64,000 bases of DNA from an uncultured Methanosarcinales archaeon (GTDB lineage Archaea > Nanobdellota > Nanobdellia > Woesearchaeales > GW2011-AR9). Under the pieces are notes generated by a model. It searched no databases. It was given only the letters and a program-made list of their open reading frames with translations, and was not told the DNA's origin. The DNA lies in the NCBI GenBank assembly GCA_964344235.1, contig CAYFMJ010000001.1, positions 283,020 through 347,019 on the forward strand, in the 5' to 3' direction. This document shows, piece by piece, positions 18,011 to 25,732 of this stretch (the stretch's first letter is position 1; each line of letters opens with the position of its first letter). Position numbers and translations under genes: made by a program.

Positions 18011-18339
18011 GTTTAGTTACCGGGCTGTTCTTTTTGCTGATTTCTTCAATAATTGGCGCGTTTAGTACGCTTCTTTTTAAGACTGGGTCTCGGTTTAAAA
18101 TTAGCATTCGAAATAATCACCTCATTGGGGCAGTTGTCCTTGCGGCTTTTTCGTTTGTGTTTTACATTCTTGCGTTACAACAAGCGCCGTTGACGTTCAT
18201 TTATCTGACTGCTTCTATTAGTTATATTTGGGCGATAATCCTGGCTAAAAGTATTTTGAAAGAAAAGATTAACAGAAATAAAATCATTGGAGTATCCCTT
18301 ATTATCATCGGTATTGTTGTTCTTAATTTCCCATTCTAA
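18007..18339 (+). CDS. small DMT/SMR-like 4-TM transporter subunit (second subunit of pair)
   Basis: 110 aa, four hydrophobic helices. Paired, translationally coupled with the preceding gene like ArnE/ArnF heterodimers. Confidence 0.55.
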   Translation: MSLVTGLFFLLISSIIGAFSTLLFKTGSRFKISIRNNHLIGAVVLAAFSFVFYILALQQAPLTFIYLTASISYIWAIILAKSILKEKINRNKIIGVSLIIIGIVVLNFPF

Positions 18340-18388
18340 TGGTGTCCTGTTAAGGAAAATTTATAAATCACGTCTCAGAGAGGCAGAT

Positions 18389-19117
18389 ATGAAATTATCG
18401 ATTGTTGTTCCGTGCTATAATGAGGAGGAAGGTGTTGAAAACCTCTCACAGAAGCTTGAACCGATTCTCCAGGAATTGCAAAAGGAGTGGCAGTTAGAAC
18501 TTATTTTTGTTGATGATGGAAGCAAAGATAGAACGTACGACTTATTGCAGCAGTATTTTGGTGAGAAAGAGTATGTCAAAATTGTGAAGCATGAAGTCAA
18601 TAAGAATATTGGTGCTGCGATGCGAACGGGGTTTTCACATTCAACGGGAGATGTTATTGTGACTATGGATAGTGATTGCACGTACGATCCGCAAGAAATC
18701 TTTGCGATGCTGGGCCTTATGAAGGATGGTGCTTCAATTGTTACGGCTTCACCATATCACCCTCAAGGGGGTGTGAGGAATGTTCCTCTTTACAGAATTT
18801 TTCTGAGTAAAGCTATCACTCAAATTTATAGAACACTTACTGGCTCGAAGATTTACACGTTTACTGCTCTCTTTCGAGCCCATACTCGTGATGTTGTAGA
18901 TACGGTTGCTTTCCAAGCTGATGATTTCCTCGCTACTGCAGAAATGTTAATCAAAGCGTCAATAGCAGGTCATAAAATTCAAGAGCATCCCAGTGTTCTC
19001 AATGTAAGAGAATATGGTGTTTCTAAAATGAGATTGTTACAAGTGATTGGGAATCATGCAAAGTTTGTGGGAAAAGTTGCATCGCTGCGCTTCCGTGGTA
19101 GTTTTAGAAAAAAGTAG
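18389..19117 (+). CDS. GT2 polyprenyl-phosphate sugar synthase (Dpm1/ArnC/GtrB-like)
   Basis: The ORF is open from 18287, but the Met at 18389 (MKLSIVVPCYNEEEG) is the canonical GT2 N-terminus. Also present: IFVDDGSKDRT ... TMDSDCTY. Confidence 0.8.
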   Translation: MKLSIVVPCYNEEEGVENLSQKLEPILQELQKEWQLELIFVDDGSKDRTYDLLQQYFGEKEYVKIVKHEVNKNIGAAMRTGFSHSTGDVIVTMDSDCTYDPQEIFAMLGLMKDGASIVTASPYHPQGGVRNVPLYRIFLSKAITQIYRTLTGSKIYTFTALFRAHTRDVVDTVAFQADDFLATAEMLIKASIAGHKIQEHPSVLNVREYGVSKMRLLQVIGNHAKFVGKVASLRFRGSFRKK

Positions 19118-19130
19118 AAGGTTTGGAGTT

Positions 19131-20231
19131 ATGAAAATAATTACGATTCTAGGAACAAGGCCAGAAATCACGAAACTTTCTCCCGTCTTACCGCTGCTTG
19201 ATGAAGCATTTGATCATAAAGTCATCCATACTGGCCAGCATTATGACTATAAAATGGATGAGATTTTTTTTGAGGAATTGCAATTGCGGAAACCAGATTA
19301 TATGTTGCATGTGGGGAGTGGGAGTCATGCTGAAATGACTGCAAAGATGTTAATTGAGATTGAAAAAATTCTTGTTGCAGAGAAGCCAGATTGGGTGATT
19401 GTGTTTGCCGATCCTAACACTCCGCTTGCAGGGGCGTTAGCAGCAGTGAAGTTACACATTCCTGTGATTCACATGGAAGCAGGGTGTCGTTCTTTTAACA
19501 AAAAGATGCCGGAAGAGATTAATCGAATTGTGTGTGACCATTGTGCAGACTTGTTGCTAGCTCCAGATGAAGTGGCTAGGGGCAACTTGTTACGAGAGGG
19601 TTTGCCTGAAGAGAAGATTGAGGTTGTTGGCAGTACAGCACTTGAAGCGGCGTTGCGGAATGTGGTAATTGCGCGTGAGAAGTCGAAGATTTTGGAAGAG
19701 CTGGGGCTGGTTGATGGCAAATATGCCCTTCTAACAATTCATCGAGCAGAGAATACTGATAATGCAGAAGTGTTGTGTGGTTTAGTGGGTGCAATGAATA
19801 AAATTGCTGAAAAAATTCCGATTGTATTTCCAATGCATCCCCGTTTTGTCAAAGCGTTGCAGCGTGAAGGGTTGCAGTTATCAGAGAAGATTCACGCGAT
19901 TGAGGCAGTTGGTTATGTAGACATGTTGATGTTGTTGGATAATGCATTATTTGTGATGACTGGGTCTGGCGGGTTACAGGAAGAAGCAGCAGCGTTAGAT
20001 ACGCCTTGTCTTGTGATTCGGAATGAAACAGAGTGGACGTATTTAACTGATGCAGGGAAAAATTTGTTGGTTAGTAATGATGGTGGTAAAATAGTGAATG
20101 TGGTCACTGACCTGCTTGACCACCCTGAAAAGCTTACTAATATGAAGAATGTTCAATTAACTTTAAATACGGATGTTTCCCGAAATGTAGTTGATGCAAT
20201 CAAAAGAAATTGTTCAACGAAAGACGCTTAA
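19131..20231 (+). CDS. wecB: UDP-N-acetylglucosamine 2-epimerase (non-hydrolysing, WecB/WbpI-like)
   Basis: The Met at 19131 (MKIITILGTRPEITKLSPV) is 14 nt after the GT2 stop. Conserved blocks: HTGQHYDYKMDEIFF ... HMEAGCRSFN ... PEEINR ... LMTGSGGLQEEA. The ORF track starts earlier, at 19047. Confidence 0.85.
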   Translation: MKIITILGTRPEITKLSPVLPLLDEAFDHKVIHTGQHYDYKMDEIFFEELQLRKPDYMLHVGSGSHAEMTAKMLIEIEKILVAEKPDWVIVFADPNTPLAGALAAVKLHIPVIHMEAGCRSFNKKMPEEINRIVCDHCADLLLAPDEVARGNLLREGLPEEKIEVVGSTALEAALRNVVIAREKSKILEELGLVDGKYALLTIHRAENTDNAEVLCGLVGAMNKIAEKIPIVFPMHPRFVKALQREGLQLSEKIHAIEAVGYVDMLMLLDNALFVMTGSGGLQEEAAALDTPCLVIRNETEWTYLTDAGKNLLVSNDGGKIVNVVTDLLDHPEKLTNMKNVQLTLNTDVSRNVVDAIKRNCSTKDA

Positions 20232-21186
20232 AGGTAAGAACGTTTTAGTGACTGGTGGTGCTGGCTTTGTTGGTGGGCATTTAGTTGATAGGCTCATTGA
20301 GGAAGAACCAGCTTCTATTGTTGTTGCGTCTAATTTCTTTTTAGGAAGCATTTCAAATTTAGATGATGCGCTGAAACGGTTTCCCGTTAAAATTGTACGG
20401 TGTGATGTTGCTGATTTTGAAGAGATTAAAGACGCAATCGTTGATAATGATATTGAAGTTGTGTTTAATTTAGCAGTCATACCTCTGCCAACCTCGCTTG
20501 TAAAACCGGAATGGACTATTCGAAAAAATATTGAGATGACAATTAATATTTGCCAGTTGTTGCGGGAAAAGAAGTTTAAGACGTTAATTCAATACTCCTC
20601 TTCCGAAGCATTTGGTTCAGCACAATACGTGCCGATGGACGGGAAACATCCACTTGACCCTGAAACGCCGTATGCAGCTTCCAAAGCAGCAACAGATCAT
20701 ATTGCGTTATCCTATCATCACACGTTTGGCTGTGACGTTGCTGTGGTGAGGCCGTTTAACCAATATGGGCCGCGGCAGAATGTTAAGAAGTATGCAGGAA
20801 TAATTCCATTAATGGTTGGCAAGATGGTGCGAGGCGAGGATGTGACGATTTTTGGTGATGGGGAACAAACGAGAGATTTTATGTACGTGGGAGATACAGC
20901 AGATTTAACCATTGAAGTTTACAAAAACCCTGCAAGTCGAGGAAGAGTTATTAATGCAGGTAGTGGCCGGGAAGTTTCAATCAAAACTGTTTTAACAAAG
21001 ATGGCAGATATTTTAGAGTATACAAAACCGTTTGTGCATCTCGATGCACGACCCGGTGATGTGAGGAGACACTGTTCTGATATTTCTGAAGTTAGGGAAG
21101 TGCTAGGATGGGAGCCGAAAACTTCGTTTGAGGAAGGGCTTCGTAAAACGGTTGAATGGTACCGTGATCATCCTGAGGTTTTTTGA
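20191..21186 (+). CDS. NAD-dependent epimerase/dehydratase (extended SDR; UXS/ArnA-C-terminal-like)
   Basis: 331 aa. VLVTGGAGFVGGHLVDRL is the Rossmann GxxGxxG motif. YAASKAATDHI is the YxxxK motif. Confidence 0.8.
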   Translation: MMQSKEIVQRKTLKGKNVLVTGGAGFVGGHLVDRLIEEEPASIVVASNFFLGSISNLDDALKRFPVKIVRCDVADFEEIKDAIVDNDIEVVFNLAVIPLPTSLVKPEWTIRKNIEMTINICQLLREKKFKTLIQYSSSEAFGSAQYVPMDGKHPLDPETPYAASKAATDHIALSYHHTFGCDVAVVRPFNQYGPRQNVKKYAGIIPLMVGKMVRGEDVTIFGDGEQTRDFMYVGDTADLTIEVYKNPASRGRVINAGSGREVSIKTVLTKMADILEYTKPFVHLDARPGDVRRHCSDISEVREVLGWEPKTSFEEGLRKTVEWYRDHPEVF

Positions 21187-21731
21187 TGATTCATTCGACA
21201 GCAGATGTTTCTCCAGAAGCAGTGTTGGGGAAGAATGTAAAAGTGTGGCACCAATCGCAGGTACGGGAGAAAGTGATTATCGGTGATAATTGTATTTTAG
21301 CAAAGAATGTGTATGTTGATAAAGATGTAGTTATTGGCAAGAATTGTAAAATTCAAAATAATAGCTCTCTGTACCATGGGGCGTTGTTAGGAGATGGCGT
21401 ATTTATTGGCCCACATTGTGTTTTGACAAATGACAGATATCCTCGCGCTGTTACAGTTGATGGGGATTTGAAACAGGATACTGATTGGGAAGAAGGAAAA
21501 GTTGTGATTAAAGGGGGGGCGTCCTTGGGTGCGGGGGTTATTGTGTTGCCGGGAGTTACAATTGGAAAGTATGCACTCGTGGGAGCAGGGAGTGTTGTTG
21601 CGAAAGACGTTCCTGATTTTGGGTTAGTGTATGGTAACAGAGCGGAGTTACGGGGATTTGTGTGTAAGTGTGGGAAGAAGCTAGCTGTTGGTAAGATTGG
21701 CGGGGAGATGTGTGAGGAATGTTTAGAATAG
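21183..21731 (+). CDS. left-handed beta-helix (hexapeptide) sugar N-acetyltransferase with C-terminal CxxC...CxxC tail
   Basis: 182 aa. Repeated [LIV]-G-x4 hexapeptides (IGDNCILAKNVYV, IGKNCKIQNNSSL, IGPHCVLTNDRYP). The C-terminus FVCKCGKKLAVGKIGGEMCEEC resembles a zinc ribbon. Confidence 0.7.
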   Translation: MMIHSTADVSPEAVLGKNVKVWHQSQVREKVIIGDNCILAKNVYVDKDVVIGKNCKIQNNSSLYHGALLGDGVFIGPHCVLTNDRYPRAVTVDGDLKQDTDWEEGKVVIKGGASLGAGVIVLPGVTIGKYALVGAGSVVAKDVPDFGLVYGNRAELRGFVCKCGKKLAVGKIGGEMCEECLE

Positions 21732-21736
21732 TTGTG

Positions 21737-22669
21737 TTATATTCTCTCTAATTCTGGGATCATTTCTGTTGGATCAACCCCATAGCTTTCTGCCATGCAG
21801 ATGAATGTTGGAGAAACGGTGGCAGGGAATCTTGTGTGGTTATCAAGTAGATGTGCTATGCCTGCTGCATCTGCTGTTACCGAAGCACCTTGGGAATATT
21901 TCCCCGAGTGTATCCCCTGGCGCATTTGTTCTGCAGTAACGTCAATTTCTGCATAAGTCGTACGCGTAATATCTAAGTCGTGAATTGAACGAATAATGGC
22001 AGTAACTCTAACATCTTGTACTCTCGCACTTAAACTTGCCACTCCTGGAAACTCTAGGGAAAGCATTCTTTTAACATGGTCTTCGAATGTAGAGCTATCG
22101 GCTGTCACTTCATCAACGAAGAGAGAAGGGTCGCCGCTGATTCGTCCACCACTTGGGAAAGACCAACTGTTTGTGTAGCAATCAACGTTGTTGGTTCTCA
22201 CTCCGTATAAGAACTGCCTATCACTTGTTCTGATAAGTGTGCTCACTGCAAAAGCGGTTGCTAGCTCATTGCCATTTGGAACTATTGCTCGTAGCGCTCT
22301 ATCCGAGACTTTTCGATATCTGTAAGGGCGATGTTGCGCAGTCCATGTATCATCAATCCCATTCACGGGAGTCGTTCCATGGTGTTGTCTGTAGTCTGTC
22401 TTTCCAAGCCGTATTGCTGTTGTGTCGCTTTCTGGTTGGATTCCATTGAAATATACTAATGGGCCATTGAACAACGTTTTCCTTGCAACTTCTGCTTCTG
22501 CCTTTTTCTCTTTCCACACTCGCTCTATCCTCTTTTTTACTGCTGGTGTTGGGGTAAAATCTTCTCCTCGTTCAAATACTAGGTTTTCACCTAAGGTAAG
22601 GTCACTTGCGTCAAGTTCGGTGATCCAAGAACGTGAGCGATCTCGGGAGTCAAGATGGTATAGGGGCAT
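21737..22669 (-). CDS. hypothetical protein with no catalytic motif I can recognise
   Basis: 310 aa, single long ORF on the opposite strand to the flanking operons. It appears somewhat GC-richer than its neighbours by eye. It may be an internally duplicated alpha/beta fold. Confidence 0.45.
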   Translation of the reverse strand: MPLYHLDSRDRSRSWITELDASDLTLGENLVFERGEDFTPTPAVKKRIERVWKEKKAEAEVARKTLFNGPLVYFNGIQPESDTTAIRLGKTDYRQHHGTTPVNGIDDTWTAQHRPYRYRKVSDRALRAIVPNGNELATAFAVSTLIRTSDRQFLYGVRTNNVDCYTNSWSFPSGGRISGDPSLFVDEVTADSSTFEDHVKRMLSLEFPGVASLSARVQDVRVTAIIRSIHDLDITRTTYAEIDVTAEQMRQGIHSGKYSQGASVTADAAGIAHLLDNHTRFPATVSPTFICMAESYGVDPTEMIPELERI

Positions 22670-22742
22670 TTTTGCTATTTTTTTGTAAATAGAATAAAAA
22701 TCTTATGTATTAATTCCTCTTTCATTAAAAGTTGCATAAGTT

Positions 22743-22750
22743 ATTTAAAC
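22743..22750 (+). promoter_or_regulatory. TATA-like box (ATTTAAAC) for the 22772 gene
   Basis: Its centre lies ~25 nt upstream of the ATG at 22772. Confidence 0.35.
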
Positions 22751-22771
22751 TGATTTGTTCTCGGAGTTGCT

Positions 22772-23170
22772 ATGTCAACGTGGCGTGAGGATTTCGATGC
22801 GTGGAAGGCGTTTGCGGACGCTTATGGTTTACATTCTTTAGATGATCTCTCTGATAGATTTGGCATACCGATTCCAGAAAGTCCAAGTTTCTCTTTTGAA
22901 ACCATTCCTGTGCCACTTTCTCCTGAAAATCAAGATACTCTCGCCGAAGAAGTTCAAAAGCTTTGGGATGTCGAATTTGCTCCTAATGGCTATGAGAATT
23001 CACCTCGTTATGGCGTTTTTGGCATTGATGATAACTTGTGGCTAATTACTGATGGGCTTAGATTTGAGGCATGGGCAACCGACTATGCAACATCTCGCTT
23101 TGCAAATAGAGATGACAAAGAAGTACTTTGGGCTACATTGAATGAGAATCAAAGAAGTTATTTAGAATGA
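22772..23170 (+). CDS. hypothetical acidic protein
   Basis: 132 aa ORF with its own TATA box. It is Asp/Glu/Trp-rich and I recognise no family. Confidence 0.45.
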   Translation: MSTWREDFDAWKAFADAYGLHSLDDLSDRFGIPIPESPSFSFETIPVPLSPENQDTLAEEVQKLWDVEFAPNGYENSPRYGVFGIDDNLWLITDGLRFEAWATDYATSRFANRDDKEVLWATLNENQRSYLE

Positions 23171-23176
23171 TTAAAG

Positions 23177-23638
23177 TTGCCAGGCATTATTGTAGTAACG
23201 AAAATCGCTGGTTCTGGGGGGCGAGATGATAAGTATTTACTCTCTTCACGAAAAGATGTTCGTGATGGTGTGGCTCGGAGGAGGGACCAATCTTTAGAAT
23301 CACCACAAGGATTAATCCCATTGGGAGATTATGCAAACCCTGTCCACACACATGCTCTTAATTTATTGTGTGATGAAGCGGAGATTAGTGAAGGAATGGT
23401 TGAAGGGTTATACTTTAATGGCCTTGTTGAGTCACCTGCGTATGGTGATTTTGCTTTAGTGTTCACTGCAGAAGTTGACCCCGCAGCGCACGTTGTTGCT
23501 GCAACAGAGGAAGCGACTGATTTACATTATAATCGTCAATGGTTCTCGGCAGATGAAATCAATGAGATGCAACCAAATGTAATTAATCCTGCAGTCTATA
23601 ATGCGTTGAAAGTAGCGGGTGTTGTGCGGGAAGATTAA
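23177..23638 (+). CDS. hypothetical protein
   Basis: 153 aa ORF, 6 nt after the previous one. It has no motif I recognise. Confidence 0.45.
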   Translation: MPGIIVVTKIAGSGGRDDKYLLSSRKDVRDGVARRRDQSLESPQGLIPLGDYANPVHTHALNLLCDEAEISEGMVEGLYFNGLVESPAYGDFALVFTAEVDPAAHVVAATEEATDLHYNRQWFSADEINEMQPNVINPAVYNALKVAGVVRED

Positions 23639-23656
23639 AATTACTGTTCCCTAACT

Positions 23657-23664
23657 TTTATAAA
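23657..23664 (+). promoter_or_regulatory. TATA box (TTTATAAA) for the aminotransferase operon
   Basis: Its centre lies ~27 nt upstream of the ATG at 23688. Confidence 0.45.
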
Positions 23665-23687
23665 CGAATTTCTTGCTTTTTTAGGTA

Positions 23688-24755
23688 ATGATTCCAATGG
23701 CGAAGCCTCTCTTAGGTGAAGAGGAAAAGGCGGCAGTTTTGAGGGTATTAGAGTCTGGACAACTTGCGCAAGGTAGTGTTGTTAAAGAATTTGAAGAAGC
23801 GTTTGCAGCGTTTATTGGTGTGAAACATGCTATTGCTACAGGCAATGGTACAGCGGCACTACATACAGCATTAATGGCGCATGATATCAGTCCGGGAGAT
23901 GAGGTAATTACGACGCCGTTTACGTTTATTGCAACTGCCAATGCTATCAAAATGGTTGGTGCGACCCCTGTGTTTGTTGATATTGAAGAAGACTCATTTA
24001 ATCTTAATCCGGAGCTTGTTGCTGGTGCGATTACGGAAAGAACTAAAGCGGTGCTTGCTGTTCATTTATTTGGAAAAGCTGCAAGAGTTGACCGTTTACG
24101 TGAAGTGTGTAGGGAGAATGGTTTGGTATTGCTAGAAGATGCGTGCCAGGCGCACGGGGCGACACATAATGGCGCGAACGTGGGTTCATTTGGTACAAGC
24201 TGTTTTTCATTTTATCCCACAAAAAATATGACTACTGGAGAAGGTGGCATGGTTACAACGAATAATGACGTTGTAGCAGAGAAAGCACGGTGGTTAATTG
24301 ATCATGGGGCTGTAGAAAAGTATACTCATCCAATGTTTGGTTATAATTATCGTATGACGAATATTGCAGCAGCGATTGGCATTGAACAGTTAAAGAAGTT
24401 GCATGAATTTAATGCAGCACGGCGTGGGAATGCGCTGCGGCTGAATGAAGGTCTTGCTGGAGTCCCTGGTCTTGTGTTACCAGTAGTTGAAGAGGGACAT
24501 GTGTTCCACCAATATACTGTACGAGTTAACGATAGAGATGCTGTTGCAGAGTTGCTTAAAGAGAAAGGTGTTGGCTCGGCTGTGTATTATCCTATTCCAA
24601 TTCATAAACAGGGTGCGTATGCAGTCTGGAACAATGTTTCGTTCCCGGCTGCGGAGAAAGCAGCAGCAGAGGTGTTATCTTTGCCCGTTCATCCAAGTGT
24701 GACCCGGGGGGAGATTGACAGAGTTATTTTAGCGATGCGTGAGGTATTGCGATGA
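23688..24755 (+). CDS. DegT-family UDP-keto-sugar aminotransferase (WbpE/PglE/ArnB-like)
   Basis: 355 aa. Present: MAKPLLGEEEK, DEVITTPFTFIATANAI and FSFYPTKNMTTGEGGMV (PLP-lysine block). Confidence 0.85.
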   Translation: MIPMAKPLLGEEEKAAVLRVLESGQLAQGSVVKEFEEAFAAFIGVKHAIATGNGTAALHTALMAHDISPGDEVITTPFTFIATANAIKMVGATPVFVDIEEDSFNLNPELVAGAITERTKAVLAVHLFGKAARVDRLREVCRENGLVLLEDACQAHGATHNGANVGSFGTSCFSFYPTKNMTTGEGGMVTTNNDVVAEKARWLIDHGAVEKYTHPMFGYNYRMTNIAAAIGIEQLKKLHEFNAARRGNALRLNEGLAGVPGLVLPVVEEGHVFHQYTVRVNDRDAVAELLKEKGVGSAVYYPIPIHKQGAYAVWNNVSFPAAEKAAAEVLSLPVHPSVTRGEIDRVILAMREVLR

Positions 24756-25732
24756 TTGAGAAGAAAAGAATAGCAGTAATTGGTCTAGGGAATATGGGGA
24801 AGCATCATGCTCGGAACTATACGCTTGTTCATGGTGTTGAGTTAGTAGCGGTTTGTGACCTTAATAGAACATTAGCTGATACAACAGCAGCGAAGTTTGG
24901 CTGTAAAGCATATTACGATTATAGGCAGATGTTAGACCTGGAGACGATTGATGCAGTCAGTATTGTTGTGCCAACGTTATTTCATAAAGAAGTTGCATTG
25001 TACTGTTTAGAGAAAGGGATTGATATTTTAGTAGAGAAGCCGATAGCGGCTACTGTAGAGGATGCACAAGAAATTATTGCTAAAGCACAGGAGAATGGGC
25101 GGATTTTACAAGTGGGTCATGTGGAGCGATTTAATCCTGCCGTGCAGAAGCTGAAGCAGGTTATTGAAAGTGGCAAGTTGGGAGAAGTAACGTCGGTCAT
25201 TGCTCGGCGGGTGGGGGCAGTTCCGGTACAAGTGAGGGATGCTAACGTTGTTATTGATTTAGCGGTTCATGATATTGATGTGATTAATTACATTTATGGG
25301 GGCTTTCCAGAGAATATTTTGGGGAATATGGGAAAAGCAATGGTTGAGCAGCGAGAGGATTATGCAGAAATCTTCTTAAAGTACGGAAATCGATCTGGCT
25401 ATATTCAGGTGAATTGGATAACTCCTGTTAAGATTCGGAATCTCACCGTAACTGGGAGTCGAGGTTATGCAGAGCTGAACTATATTACGCAGGAACTTAT
25501 CGTGCATGAAAGTAATTATACTAAAGAAGTTGTTGATGAGTATGGCGATTATGTCGTAAAGTTTGGTGTGCCAGATAAAACACATATCGGTGTTGAAGTT
25601 GCAGAACCTCTCCTTTTAGAGTTAGACCACTTTGTTAGCTGTGTGCGGGATCGAAAAGAGCCTCTTGTTACAGGAGAGATGGGATTGCAGGCGCTACGGG
25701 TGGCTCTTGAGGTTATGAAGAATAATGGATAA
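24752..25732 (+). CDS. Gfo/Idh/MocA-family NAD-dependent sugar-nucleotide dehydrogenase (WbpB/WlbA-like UDP-GlcNAcA 3-dehydrogenase candidate)
   Basis: 326 aa. IAVIGLGNMGKHHARNY is an N-terminal Rossmann motif. The EKP motif is LVEKPIAAT. Its start overlaps the aminotransferase stop. Confidence 0.75.
   Translation: MIEKKRIAVIGLGNMGKHHARNYTLVHGVELVAVCDLNRTLADTTAAKFGCKAYYDYRQMLDLETIDAVSIVVPTLFHKEVALYCLEKGIDILVEKPIAATVEDAQEIIAKAQENGRILQVGHVERFNPAVQKLKQVIESGKLGEVTSVIARRVGAVPVQVRDANVVIDLAVHDIDVINYIYGGFPENILGNMGKAMVEQREDYAEIFLKYGNRSGYIQVNWITPVKIRNLTVTGSRGYAELNYITQELIVHESNYTKEVVDEYGDYVVKFGVPDKTHIGVEVAEPLLLELDHFVSCVRDRKEPLVTGEMGLQALRVALEVMKNNG

Noticed and set aside
19469-20107. Minus-strand ORFs (64-85 aa) inside wecB
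   Set aside because: They are antisense to a highly conserved epimerase. Their Ser/Pro-rich translations indicate noise.
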